The notes below the pieces were generated by a model, which was given only the letters and a program-made list of their open reading frames with translations, was not told the origin of the DNA and made no database searches. Below, in pieces: positions 23,112-36,662 of a stretch of 64,000 bases of DNA (the stretch's first letter is position 1; each line of letters opens with the position of its first letter). This DNA is from Octopus sinensis. Lineage: Eukaryota. The position numbers were made by a program, and so were the translations under genes. The stretch covers positions 76,942,001 to 77,006,000 of the forward strand of contig NC_043007.1 in the NCBI RefSeq assembly GCF_006345805.1, given 5' to 3'.

Positions 23112-24799
23112 ATTGAGTCAAAACAATTTTATAAAAATAAAAGTCAATAATATTATATTTAAAAAATAACAACCAACATTAAACCAGTGTTTTGCTAATC
23201 AAAATATACTAAGCAGAAATAATAATAATGATAATAATAATAAATGTCAGAATTAAAGATGAAAAGTTATTTTTATGGCTTTTCCATAAGAAAATAACAG
23301 AATAAGTGAAACAGTCCCAACAAAAAGAATGGAAACTAGGTCAGCAAGACAAACATTTGCAGAGAACTTGCCATTCTATCAATAATGCCAATAATAATCG
23401 TAATAATTTTTAAGATAGGCACAAGGACAGTCAAAGTCAATAGCAATGATAATGATAATTCTTTCTCCAATAGGTAGAAGGATTGAAATTTGGGGGTTGT
23501 GGCTTGTTGATTACATTGATCCCCAGCATTCAACTGGATTTGGAATGTAAAGCTGAAAACAAATGCCACTAAGCATTTTGTCTGGTGTCCTCACTGTCAG
23601 TTTGCTGCCTTAACAATGATAATAATAATAATTTCAAATTTTGGCACAAGGCCAGCAACTGGTATTTATTTTATCAACTCCAAAAGAATGAAAGGCAAAG
23701 ACAACCTTGACAGCATTTGAACTCAGAATGCAAAGATAGATGAAATGCCGCTATGATTCTACCAGCTCGCCACCTTAATAATAACAATTGGGAGAAGGGA
23801 CTAGTCGATTACATCGACCCCAGTGTTTCACTGGTACTTATCGAGCCTGAATGGATGGATGAAAGGCAAAGTCCACTTCAGTGGAATTTGAACTCAGAAC
23901 ATAAAGATAGGCAAAATGCCACTAAGCATTTTGCCTGGAGCACTAACAATTCTACTAGCTTCTTGCCTTAATAATAATAATTCCTTATATAGGCACAAGG
24001 CATAGGACTTTGGGATTTGACAAACCCAAAACTTGAACTGAATTAACCGAATATCACAAACATTTTGTCAATCAGTAACTCCTTCAATTATTCCAGTCCA
24101 ATATCCAGAATGACGGATTGACTGAATTTTGCAAGTATTGGGTGGGATGGAATGCCCTGTGAAATCTATTCCAGCTCTTTGTATTCAGAACTGTATAGAC
24201 ACTGTCTTTCCCTTGGGTAGTGTTTAGCCTTCCGCACATAAAAAAAAAAGACACCTTGTGAGGACAGCACCTTGCAGAGGAACTTCCTGGTGGTACAGAT
24301 ATTCAGACCAACTACGGTGAACAACAAAGGGCTTTAGCATTTTAACTGCTTTGCAAACTTTATCATTATGCAGCAAGGTCTTGGATCATAATAATGTTGT
24401 TACACAGAATTTTAATGGATGGTGTTTCAATTTGAATATGAGTACTTAAAAATAGTAGTGAGACTGGAAGGGTTAAGCACTAACTTTAAGTGTAAACTTC
24501 TTCCCAACCCTATACCAACACATGTTGGTATCAAACAGTCTTCACACACAGGTTTGTTCCAGAAGTAACATTAAGATGTGAGGAACAGTACAGGTTCACT
24601 TCATAAATTTCAGCAAGTTTTGAAGACATACACACTCATATTATGGAGAGAGAGAGATAGAGATAGAGAAAGAGAGAGAGAGAAAGAGATCAACACACAC
24701 CAGTCTCAGATTCAATACAGGAACTTCATATACTGAAAACAGCTCAGAAAAAACAAGTGGTGAGCAAGGTAACCAAGTGACATTAACACACACACACAC

Positions 24800-24836
<37 letters not shown>

Positions 24837-25834
24837 AATTAATATATATGCATGTGTGTGTGCATATATCCCCACACATACACAGATGTACTTTTTTGAT
24901 ACACACCTTCTGCTGTGGTGAGAATTTATTTAACATATCTATCCATAGACATATATCTGTGAGTGTCTGTATGTATGCACATATGTATTTGTGTGTGTGT
25001 GTGTGTAAAGATAGATATCCGTGTGTGTATATACACGGTATATATATATAATATATATACACCCTCCTACTTCCTTTTATTTATTTATTTTTATCTTTTA
25101 TTTTCTAAAATAACACCCACACCCAGAGCCAAAGACCTTTAGTATTCTACAATGACATCCAGTTAGTTCCTTGTGGAAAGGGAAACAGGAGGGCATGAGT
25201 GGAGAGGGAAGCAGTAGAAAGACCCCCAAAAGAAATGAGGGGTGGGGACTCACTATAAATAAATAAATAAATATTGTAAACCATGGAGTGTTAAGTAAAT
25301 GTTGACTTTTCATTAGTGATATTCCAGAGAATTCTCCAGGTGTTTGCCTGCAAGAGGTCAAAGAGGGGCTTGAGAGTAAAGGGAGTGGGGGAAAGAAAAG
25401 AATGGAAGAAAGAAGTAAACAAATATAGAAGTGTGAAGTTAATAACCAAATACTGGAAGTGAGTATAGAGGGGAGGGGAAGAGGGTCTGAATGAAGCTTT
25501 GAACCTTGGTCAAAAAAAGGTGAATACAGACACTGAGTTCAGTCACCAAATACTATCATCATCGTTTTCATCTTCATCATCTCCGTCCTCGCCCACTTTT
25601 TGGAGTTCGGTTGCAAAGCTAGTGAAATGTAAGTTTATTGGAAATCTTTGTGAGAAGTTTGATAATAGCTACATTATTTCACAGAGTTAATTAGAAGATG
25701 AAACCATAAATAGATCGCTTTGCAACTACATGGTTTTGAGTTCAGTCCTACTGCATGGCACCTTGGATGAGCGTCTTCCACAATAATTTTAGACCAATCA
25801 ATATTTTATGAGTGAATTCGGTATATAGAAACCT

Positions 25835-25874
<40 letters not shown>

Positions 25875-25875
<1 letters not shown>

Positions 25876-26245
25876 CACCATCATCGTTTAACGTTCGCTT
25901 TCCATGCTGGCATGGGTTGGACGGTTTGACTGTGGACTGGTGAGTCAGAAGGCTGCACCAGGCTCCAATCTGATCTGGCAGAGTTTCTACAGCTGGATGC
26001 CCTTCCTAATGCCAACCACTCTGAGAGTGTAGTGGGTGGTTTTATGTGCCACTGGCATGAGGGCCAGTCAGGTGGTACTGACGACGGCTATGCTCAAATG
26101 GTGTATTTTATGTGCCACCAGCACAGGAGCCAGTCCAGCGGCACTGGTTTAAATGGTGTTTTTTATGTGCCACCTGCACAGGAGCCAGTCCAGCGTCACT
26201 GGAAACGACCTCATTCAAAAGTTGTTTTTCATGTGCCACCGGCAT
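25875..26245 (-). mobile_element. (GAT)n-tailed retroposon with internal ~55-65 bp tandem subrepeats
   Basis: Family sequence plus 4x tttatgtgccac(c/t)gcacaggagccagtc-like units. Confidence 0.7.
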
Positions 26246-27116
26246 GTATATTTATCTTTGCATCTATATTTGCCCCCATCTATATTTGCATCTATATTTG
26301 CCCCATTTGCATCTATATTTGCTTGACAACCAATCTTAGTTTGTTTACATCCTTGTAGCTTGGCAAAAGTGACTGATAGAAGAACCAGAGTCTTTGGATA
26401 TACTTCTATCATATTCCTATCAATTTAATTCTATTTCTGGATTCCTTTTTAACTACAATTAAATCTCATATGTTAATAAAAGAACAAAAAAAAAAACCCA
26501 ATTATTTTTGTTTTAATCTGAAGACTTATGTATTCAAGAGAGAGCTGTCAAGCACTTCAGTTGGGCAACATTCCATAACAAATAGTTTATTACTATTGAA
26601 TGTGTTTTAATAGTCAGGACAGATACAACAATTATTTCAAATTTGGTTGTTAACCAAATCTGTAATCATCAATGTAAAATTTATTTACATAGTCTTCAAG
26701 TAGAAAGAAAGACAACAGTCAAATAAATCTGAGTTATTGACTGATATGTGATCAAAGGGAATGAGCTGCAATGTTTTCTCTCCACCAATGCATAACTATA
26801 TTGTATATATATATATATAGTAATGCTGAGTTTACTGAGAAGAGGAGGGCACAGGTGGAGCAGGTTTATTTAGGTTCAACAAGACAATGAATTACAACAT
26901 ATAACTTACATAATAAGTGTATCTGTCACCGGCATCAGTGGGGTCAACCGGTCAGCAGATTGAACCAATGAGGAAAGCTCTATATAGCAGCTCAGTTGGC
27001 TAAAAATAGTAGTCAAACAAACTATTGAAAACTATGTCTCTTTGTTGAATGAATAGTGTAGTGCTTAGTGATAGGAGATAAACCATGAACTTCTTCCTCC
27101 ATTCATTTGGTTTTAA

Positions 27117-27335
27117 CCCTTTAACGTTTAAACTCGTCATATCCTACCCAAATATTCTATCTGTTTTATGTTCAAACTAGTCAGATCTGGCTTCTCACAC
27201 CTACCTTACAATGTCATTCTAAAAATATGCAATCACATCAAAATTTCAAAGCTATAAGACAATAGCATGATTAATTCAAAACAATGTGAGTAAAATAAGC
27301 ATCCCATTTCACAGACTATTCTGAGTGATGAAGGG
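27117..27335 (+). mobile_element. piggyBac-like MITE (second family)
   Basis: TTAA|cccttt...aaggg|TAAA; inverted copy at 51283-51480, partial copies at 50870 and 52775. Confidence 0.7.
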
Positions 27336-28770
27336 TAAAACTGACCGTTGATTCAACCAACTACACCTCTGTTTTAATCTTTAACAGTTTACTGATTCTC
27401 AAAAACATTATTCTAAGCTCTCAAGCAGCACTGAGTTTCAGCCTGTATAATAGCCCATGCCAATACTGAACTCTCCAAAATGTCCTTTTTCAGACTTTAG
27501 TGTTCAGCTATCAAAATATAACTCACTGAAGAGATTACAGAAGGTGCATCGTGGTATCGGAAGGTGAGATACGAGCAATGCCGTATCAATACTGTTAGAT
27601 CAAATATCTCACTCTTAGCTAAACAAGACCTTGTTTAATAACAGCACCACCAACAACAACAACAAATTATTGTTGATTGTATTTTTTAAGAAGTTTCAGA
27701 TCTTCTCCATTGCCTTGCTTGCAATACAACATTAACAAAGAAACTTTTACAGATTTGTTTCTTTGACTCAATATGACAACCAGATCTCCCTTTATTGAGC
27801 CTTCTTCCATATTTCAAATGGTGACCACCTCAAGTCCCTTCTGTCATCTATTCTGCATTGAATCTTAGAACAATTGTTACAAACAATAAAGACACAACCA
27901 GAATGAGAATCAAAACACACTGATTCTTGAGAGCCAAGAACAGGAGAAAAAAAAAAAAACCTTTACCAAATATCCTAGCCCCCTTTATTTGAAGAAATTT
28001 CTTAACTTTATCTTTGTCTGAACAACAACTATTAACCATGGAAATATAATTTCAGTCACTGAGTAATATAATTGGAATATTTTGTCATTCCTCACCACAA
28101 CAAATGTGTGTGTGTATGTGTAATTATGTATATATTTATCTGTCTCTCTCTCCCCATATATAAATCATTATCATCAATAGTTTAACGTCGACTTTTCCAT
28201 TGACTTGCTGTAAAGACAACACTTTTTATATCTCATAGATTTTGTGAAACAGTTTAGGATATCAAGTTTTGAATTAAATTTAACCAAAATTTTTTTTGCC
28301 TACTAACTGTTATGTCATCCATTAAACATTGTCAATATGTCTCCAAAATAAGCAAAAAAGGAAGAAAAAATTACACTTTATAAACAGATTGATTTATTGT
28401 CTTTGTGACACTAAAAATACAAAATCTCTACTGTTTGTCAGTTCTGATTATTAGAAAATCTAATAACAGACTACCTATTATAATCATATCAATCTACCAC
28501 CAACTTTATGCCAACCTCTCCACCTCTATTGATTATGTGTAAGTGTAGAAGCATACATATATACACAGACATCTGTACACATCATATGTACACGTACACA
28601 TGCACACACACACATTGTATTCGGTTTGGAAGATTCTTGAAGTGAACTCGTGAGCTGAAACAGAATTTTACTGTCTCTCAAGAGGGTCATTATGCCAATA
28701 ATAAACACACACACTGGCCCCGTTTCATTTCTGTTATTATCATTAATCAACTAGTTAACCATTTGACAAA

Positions 28771-28954
28771 TTAACTAATCGGTTGTTTGATTAATTGTTT
28801 GGTCAATCAATCAATCAATCAACTAGGTTCATCAGAGTCCTTTTATCATTATTGCTGACCGCATCAATGATGTATCCTATCTACTCCAGATCTGTCCTGG
28901 AGCCAATTCACTAATTGATTGACTGAACAATTAACCAAATAACTGAATAGTTAA
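28771..28954. repeat. Inverted repeat / MITE-like foldback with TTAA ends
   Basis: ttaactaatcggttgtttgattaattgtttggtcaatcaat (28771-) pairs with attgattgactgaacaattaaccaaataactgaatagttaa (-28954). Confidence 0.6.
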
Positions 28955-29216
28955 ATACACACACACACACACATGTATATATAAGTATATATAGATATTA
29001 TAGATACACATACATATATGTAAATGTGTGCATATGTGTGTACATGTACACACACATATATATATATATATATATAAACATTATATATATAGATACACAT
29101 ATATGGATTGGTATCAAGATATCTTGAATGTGGTGAAGCAAGATGGAAATAGCAAGAGAAGATAACTGATGTTATGTAACTGGGAAAGTAAGGGAATTCA
29201 GTTGTGAAGTACTTAC

Positions 29217-29336
29217 TTGCCCCAGCAAACTGATATTGATATCCAGACACAGTGAGATGGGCATCACTAAAGCCTCCATCCTTATCGGCAGCAGAGTTAT
29301 ACCCTGAGCTGGCCACTTCAGGTAGAGTGGTCTCAT
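29217..29336 (-). CDS. LRIG: LRIG juxtamembrane cytoplasmic exon (DETTLPEVASSGYNS...GYQYQFAGA)
   Basis: gtttgtag| and A|gtaagt; 120 nt, phase 1-1; completes the EEYSxTxTDET motif typical of LRIGs. Confidence 0.9.
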
Positions 29337-29796
29337 CTACAAACATGATTAGAAGTGGAATTTAAATAGATGACTACCAAATGACAGTGAGAAGGAAGGG
29401 AGTCGGCAGAGAGAATGAAGCAGTTATGGCAGCTAAAGCTTAAGGAGACTGGAAAAGGTGTTAAGGTGAGAGGTTTTCCGGTAAGGACTATTTGATATTA
29501 GTCGCAGATGATAAAGAAAAAGTTGTTAAAGGGTTCCGATAATAGGCTTTATATTTGTTTTTATTCAACACTTTATAAATATGAAACCAGAATAAAAAAA
29601 GTGTGCATGAAACTGCTTATAGAACTTAAACTATGCTAATCTTTGCACCAAAATAACGAAGCACACCCCTTCCCACTCAAGTCAGTGCCTATAAAGTGCC
29701 AGTATGCCAGTAACAATATTTATCTCTCTCTCTCTTCTACTACACAAAGTCTCTGCTATTTCATAGAGCTTAACTCTTGGTTATATAAAGCTGTGT

Positions 29797-30107
29797 GAAG
29801 GTGCGTGGCTTAGTGGTTAGAGTACTTGACTCACAACTGTAAGGTCATGAGTTTGATACCTGGCAGCACGCTGTATCCTTGAGCAAGACAATTTATTTCA
29901 CGTTACTCCAATCCACTCAGCTGGCAAAAATGAGTAGTATATGTAATTCAAAGGGCCAGTTTTGTCACACACTAAATCTACCTGAGAACTACATTAAGGT
30001 TACGTATGTCTGTGGAGTGCTCAGCCAGTTGCAAATTAATTTCAAAAGCAGGCTGTTCCATTGACTGGATTAATTGAAACACTCGTCATCATAACCAAGA
30101 GTGCCAG
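29797..30107 (+). mobile_element. tRNA-derived SINE
   Basis: tggcttagtgg A box, ccttgagcaagac core; 3' part shared with 3292-3505. Confidence 0.7.
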
Positions 30108-32719
30108 TTAGTTAATTCATAAAGCTGTATAACCATAACTTCATGCTTTCTTTATTCCTTTATTGTTCATCATTTAACACAGAAATTCTCAGTGTTGTTA
30201 TGATTTTGTAAAAGACTTTCAGTTTTTTTACTAATAGTGATAAAATGTGTTACATTCTTAAAAGTTGAGTTACAAATTTTTTTTTTAATGCTTGACATAA
30301 TTACTAATTTGCAACAGAAAACAGCAATAGTCAACTGGTGGAACTTCAAAAATATATCTATTACTTGCTGGGTGAGCAGATTACAGCACTTATCTGGCAA
30401 GAAATAAATATATGACTTGCATCCTATCAATATCAACATTTCTTCTGTTTTTAACTGGGCCTTATAATAATCTCTAACATCAAAAGCATTTTTCTTTTTT
30501 GCTACTTATATTCCATTCAACTGTCAAATAAGTTTTCCACAGAATTTTTACAATTGTTACAGAAAAACTTGGAAGTTCAATTGTCAAAGACAAAAAAAAA
30601 CCTCTTAAAAATCCAGTTTTGAGTATATTTTGATATATTATATGTACACACTATCATGAAAACCAAGCAGAGCTTTAAGATTTTACTAATTAACCTCAGA
30701 AGTCAGAACTGAAACCTGGAGATTCAAGTTATATATTAACATATTGAAACAGATAAAGCTAATTTTGGGAAAAAAAAACTTATAATTATATAAGCAAATA
30801 ATAGAATTGCTAAAGCAGTTGAAATTTACATCAGTAAACTGTTCACATGGTCACACTCAGTCTAAATATACTGACATATGTATCAGCTAATCACATGAAA
30901 AGTCAAATCTCACCAATGAGGATATAGCATGAGTCTTATGGAGCACAAGTCTTACATAAATTAAACACAAACACTGAAGAAAGTAAATGCCATAAAACTG
31001 TCTTTTGAATATCAAACAATGACTGATAAGTTATTGTTCTTTGGACCTGGCATTAAAACTGCTCTTGATGATGGTGATGGTTGTGGTAACAGTGGGTAAA
31101 TTAGAAAGTTTTATGTAGAGAAAATACAGTTTGAAACTACCTCTCTCTAGCAACCCACATAGAATATACAATTATAAAACGATAACAAGTGTGATTAAAT
31201 GAGACTGTGTTTGTGTGTGTGTGTGTTATGTAGGAGGAGTTTACAGGCAAGATTATGGGAAGAATGACAAAGAAAAGTGAGTCCGTGAGAAAATACGCCG
31301 AGAAAGCACTAGAAACAAGGGAATGAAAATTAAAATAATGTGGGAAATTTCAGAAGCTTTAAAGAGTAATAAAGTAGTAAAATGTGAAATGAGTCCAGTT
31401 TCAATGTGACTGAACAAACATTGTTTGGAGCTGATGAAGAACAAAAGAAATGAGAATGCGAAGAAATAATTTCTGTGAAGTGAGAGAAAAAACGAGTTTT
31501 GTTTGTTTCAAGATTTTCTCTTTGATTCAAGATATAATTAACATTAGCTCTCTTCTCTTATGAAACTGAAGTAAATGTTGAACAACAGATTACAAATGGT
31601 TTCTACTCATACTCATTTCTCTGATGACAAAATAACTTATTAAGAAAAAAAATGAGGGAAAAAAAAAAAATCTTTGAAAGACCCCTTAGATCATATGAAA
31701 AAAGAAAAGTAGTTATGTATATTACAGTATGGTGAGAGGGGGAAGTCACTTACTTAATATACATGCACAATATTAACCCAATAACAAACAGAACAGTGGA
31801 AGAAGGGTGTTAGGAGTACTAAATCAGAGTGTGTTGAACAACATACTAATAAGGTAATGTGGGATATGGTTATAAAATAAACACCATATGTTTACGTGAC
31901 AGTATATTACTAAGTGTATTGTCAGAAAATATGAAAAAAAAGAAAAAGAAAAAAGAGAAGAAAAAAAAAGAAAGCAAGAGTGTGCAAGTAGCTCAGCCAG
32001 AGTATACATGTCCCTCCCTTATCGACATGAATGAGAGAGGGAACAGAATGAGGAGACAGGTAAAAAGAGATACCAAAAATAAGGAATGAACCATTTTGAG
32101 GAACAGAGAGAAAAAAAATAAAATAAAATAAAAAAAAATATAGTTTAGAATTAGGCAGAAGAGAAAAATGTCCCAATTATCATATTTTTAATTAAGAGGT
32201 GACAGCTAAAAGAGAAAAAACATGGTGGACTGGATATATTTTTTTTTTTTATAGCTGTTTCTGGAAATTTTTGTTGTTATTGTTTAGACCCCTCTCCACC
32301 AACCCCGGTGAAGTCAGATCAAAGGTTTTCCAACTGCGATGTGACATACTGCATCTAGGAGTACATTATTCGATATGCTCTTTACACCCTTCTTCTCCCC
32401 CCCCCCCACCAGATGGTAGGGTGTGATTTAAGGGGTACTTGGATGGTATTTATAGCAGGTTGAAAGCAAATGTATTGAAGCTCTCTCAATGACTTGTTTC
32501 AGATTATTTCAGAAAAGTTTGAGATTTGGAAGCAGACAGAGAGAAAAATATGTCTTAGAAGTCTAATTTAGATTTTTCAGTTAGGACCCCTCCAAAATAA
32601 TATGGTGGATATTAGGGGATAATAATTTCTGATAATTTTTTTTTTAACTAATAAGAAAAATATACATATCCCCAGCATGATCGCAGTCAAATGACTGCAA
32701 TAAGTATAAGAATAAAATA

Positions 32720-32772
<53 letters not shown>

Positions 32773-32774
<2 letters not shown>

Positions 32775-33050
32775 TGCAGGTGTGGCAAGAAGTTTGCTTC
32801 TGGACCACATGGTTCCAGGTTCAGTCCCACTGCATGGCACCTTTGGCAAGTGTCTTCTACAATAGACTTGGGCTGACCAAAGCCTTGTGGTTGGATTTGG
32901 TAGAAGGAAACTAAAAGAAGTGTCAGACAGGTATGTGTGTGTGTTTGTCCCTCATCACAGCTTGACAACTGGTGTTAGTGTGTTTATGTTCCTGTAAACT
33001 AGCGGTTTGCCAAAAGAGACTAATAAAATAAGTACCAGGCTTAAAAAAGA
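32773..33050 (+). mobile_element. CORE-like tRNA SINE (gcaccttgggcaagtgtctt family)
   Basis: ggttcagtcccactgcatggcacctttggcaagtgtcttctac; many copies in the window. Confidence 0.75.
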
Positions 33051-33648
33051 AAGTCACAGCCTAATGACTTAATGAAATAAAAGATAAAATAAAAAAAGGG
33101 TATATAAATTCATTATACATGTGAGGTTAAGAAGCTCACTTCCCAAGTGAGCTTTCAGTGCCCTCTGCTATAATCTTGAGAGTGAATTTGGTAGACAGAA
33201 ACTGAAAGAAGTCTGTTTTACACACACACATGTAGGTATGTTATGTGTGCATGAGCGTAACAGCGTTGTTGTTGTCACTTCTGTCAACGAATTGCCTGCT
33301 TGCTTTGCACCTTCAAATATGTGTAGAATACAGGATCACAGATTTGAAAGACAGAAAAGGGGTTGAAGACAAGAAGGGCATCTGGCTGGAAAACAATGTT
33401 ACTTGGTTATTTTTGAAATTCTGGCACACATTCTATCAGTTCTTTTACCAAATCACTAAGTCACAGGGATACAAACAAACCAACACCAGTTGCAAGGGAT
33501 GGGGGCATTAATACTGACACAAAGACACATGACTATGACAGAGTGTGCAGCTACTTTTCTGGGAAAATTGAAAATCAACCAAACTAACAAATACTTCTCA
33601 AGCTTTCAACCAAACTTTGAAAGATAAATTTAATTCTATGTATCTTAC

Positions 33649-34101
33649 CTGTTGGTGTAGCACTGTATTCTTCTGGGCGTTTTCTGGTCTGGTAAATAAT
33701 TATGACCCACACAAGTGAGGTACCGACTACAGAGCATATAACGGCAATAATAATAATACCAGTAGTGGTGCTGCTATTTTCTAGTCCATTATCACTGTAT
33801 GCTGCAGGGTCTAAATTCCTTGATGAAGACACTATCAGTTTGGTAGTGCCACGTTCTAAGCCTAGTGTATTTGACAGTTCACAGGTGTATATTCCTGCAT
33901 CTGATGTTACGGTATCCATAATTACCAATAGTTGATCACTTGCTGTGAAGTGATGCCTACGAGTTGGTCGCAATAAAATGTTATCTTTCAGCCAAGTCAG
34001 TTTAGGCTTTGGACTTCCTGATGCCATACACTCCAGTACCGTGGTTTCCCCAAGTCTGATAACCTTCTGTGGAATCATTGGTCGAGTGAAAGAAGGAATT
34101 T
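33649..34101 (-). CDS. LRIG: LRIG exon: Ig domain 3, transmembrane helix and juxtamembrane segment
   Basis: cttcacag| and G|gtaaga; LECMASGSPKPKLTWLKD...DAGIYTCELSNTLG...GIIIIAVICSVVGTSLVWVIIIYQTRKRPEEYSATPT. Confidence 0.97.
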
Positions 34102-34212
34102 CTGTGAAGAAATTTTAGGAAATATTGAATGAAAACCAAACTAACAAATACAATTTCAACATCATATTTTAGATATAATTATTCAGAGAAAGGTAGCAAA
34201 CTCATTTTCAAA

Positions 34213-34668
34213 AATTTAATACTACTGGTTTCAACTCTATGGTAATGGCCTACCACTGTCCTTTACTTTGCTCAACTTTATTATTTACAATTAACTGGAC
34301 CAAGCTCAATATTTTAGTAGTATTTATTCTAGTGTCTGCAAAACCATTGTAGGCCCTCTTAGATAAATGAGGTTGAAGTCCAACCAGAGCAAAGAGTGAA
34401 CCAGGAGTCAGGACTAATTTACTTGCAACAAAATGAACATTACTAAAGGTACGCAAGAACTAGGTGGTGGTGGTGGTATTAAGCCAGGTGTCATGTTACA
34501 CTGACCACAAATTGAAAAGTGATTAAGTGACCACATCCACCTGAAAAGGAAAAGAAATTTGAATGGAAACACATGTTAGAACAAGGCTAAAGTTGAGCAA
34601 AATAAAGGATTGTTGATGGAGCATGTGGTAGGCCATTACCATAAAGTTGGAGCCAGGAGTATTAAATT
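34213..34668. repeat. Inverted repeat (MITE-like), arms 34213-34280 and 34588-34668
   Basis: aatttaatactactggtttcaactctatggtaatggcctaccac pairs with gtggtaggccattaccataaagttggagccaggagtattaaatt. Confidence 0.85.
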
Positions 34669-35220
34669 CAGAATCAAGAAGATTGAAACTAAATACTGTA
34701 AAATATTTAGTTCAGTACTCTAATGATGTTAAATTATACTATTTGTTAATCTAAGATAAATTATGAAAGAATCTCTTGAGTGTTTCATAACAACAAACTA
34801 GGCTTCTCTGGAGAATTACTGAAGCAAAATCTTCTCCAATTTCTTTTCAAGTTGCAAAGACTATCCAAGGAGTTTAAGTAAACTGACATGTAGATAATCT
34901 AATAAGACAGATTTATATTGAGAGGGAGAGATAGAAGAAATGAAAAATATTATAAAAGATGGAAAATTCATTAAAATTTTTAATTAGGAGCAGGGAGGTT
35001 TCAAATAGAGAGAGGGGGGTAGGAAGAGAGAGAGAGAGAGATGAAAGAAAGAATTGATGAAAAGAGTAAAAGAAAATAAAAATAAGGAGCAGAAGAAAAA
35101 AATGAGAAGAGAGAGGAAATGGAAAATGAGGGGTAAAAATGACAAAAAAGAGGAGAATTAGAAAAAATAAAAATGGCTGAACTATAATCAAGAAAAAGCA
35201 TAATGAAGAATGGTACAAAC

Positions 35221-35502
35221 CTAAAACTTTTAGAGTAGCATTAACAGCTGCTGTTCCTGCTTCGTTAGTGGCAGTACAACTATATGTCCCTTCATCTGAG
35301 CTCTTGACTTTGACTATGAAGAAAACATCATCAGATGGCATGACAAGCATGCGTCTCTCATGGGCAGCAGGAAAATCATTGCCTCCATCTTTCTTCCAGG
35401 CTATTTGTGGTGGAGGTTGTCCAGAGGCAGCGCACTCTAGCCGTGCTATACTGCCAGACTTGACAGTCACATCTTCAGGTTTTTTCGTGAATGAAGGGTA
35501 AA
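35221..35502 (-). CDS. LRIG: LRIG exon: Ig domain 2
   Basis: 282 nt, phase 1-1; [44 protein letters not shown] is an LRIG signature. Confidence 0.97.
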
Positions 35503-35620
35503 CTGCAAAAAAAACAACATACATATAGAAAGGAAGAACATAAAATTATAAGTTGAGCTTTTCTTTTCTATTTTTTTCTGACAAATGACTTCAGTTTCAT
35601 TTTAACATTAACTCTATAAA

Positions 35621-35810
35621 AGGCGGCAAGCTGGCAAAATTGTTAGCAGGCTGTGCAAAATGCCGAGTGGCATTTCAACTATCTTTGTATTCTGAGTTCA
35701 AATTCCGCTGAGGTCGACTTTGCCTTTCATCCTTTCAGAGTTGATAACATGAGTTGAGCACAGCTTCAAGTAATTGACTTACTCCCTCCCCCGAAATTGC
35801 TGAAATCAAT
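35621..35810 (+). mobile_element. Nin-domain tRNA SINE
   Basis: ggcggcaagctggcaaaattgttagc...gagttcaaattccgctgaggtcgactttgcctttcatcc. Confidence 0.75.
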
Positions 35811-36240
35811 ATTAACTCTACAAGTCAATGAGTGCATTTTCCATCCACCTCCAGGTGCCACTATATCATTATTACTCCTTTGTTCTAAAATCAGCTTTTC
35901 TATACCAACATATGTGTCACTGAGGAAGCCATATATTCACCTTTTCAGCAAGACACTCCTTCCTGTCCCCCTATAATACATTCACATCATTCAGTACTAT
36001 ACCCTACACAGCTGAGGGATCTTGTCATGCAGGTATTTGGCTTCTTCACTAAACAACACATACTACTCTCTGTAAAGTAAGTGGTTGGCATTAAGAAGGT
36101 TGTCAAGCTGTAGAAATCATGCCAAAAACAGACACTGAAGCTTGGTGCTGCCCTCCTGCTCATCAGTAGCTGTCCATCTGTCCAGAACATGGCAGCATGG
36201 AAAAAGAGACATTAAATGGTGATTATTACATATATATATA

Positions 36241-36535
36241 GGTGCAGGCATGGCTGTGTGGTAAGAAACTTGCTTCCCAACCACAAGGTTCTGGGTTCAG
36301 TCCCATTGCATGGCACCTTGGGCTGACAAAAAGCCCTGTCAATGGATTTAGTAGATGGAAACTGAAAGAAGTCTGTTGGATACGTGTGTGTGTGTGTATA
36401 TATATGTGTGTGTGTGTGTTTTTGTTCCCATAACCTAGCAGTTCAGCAAAAGACACTAACAGAATAAGTATCAGACTTAAGAAAATAGAAAAGTCCTGGG
36501 GTTGATTTGTTTCACTAAAATGACTGAAACATGTA
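36241..36535 (+). mobile_element. CORE-like tRNA SINE, internally deleted
   Basis: Same family as 32773. Confidence 0.7.
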
Positions 36536-36662
36536 AAATAATAACAGAATACATACACACACACACACACATATATATATGTGTGTATATACTTGGGCAA
36601 TATAGAGTGAATGTATGGCTGGTATGTATAAAATGAAAAGTAGAAATGAGACAGAAACTTAC

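Noticed and set aside
26040-26245. Repeat-spacer-like array (tttatgtgccac... units) resembling CRISPR
   Set aside because: Spacers are homologous to each other, the same subrepeats recur in other copies of the retroposon (37360-37480, 43240-43325), the context is eukaryotic and there are no cas genes
29395-29545. Possible LINE remnant (WQLKLKE; LILVADDKEKVVKGF)
   Set aside because: Too short and degenerate to call without a profile search
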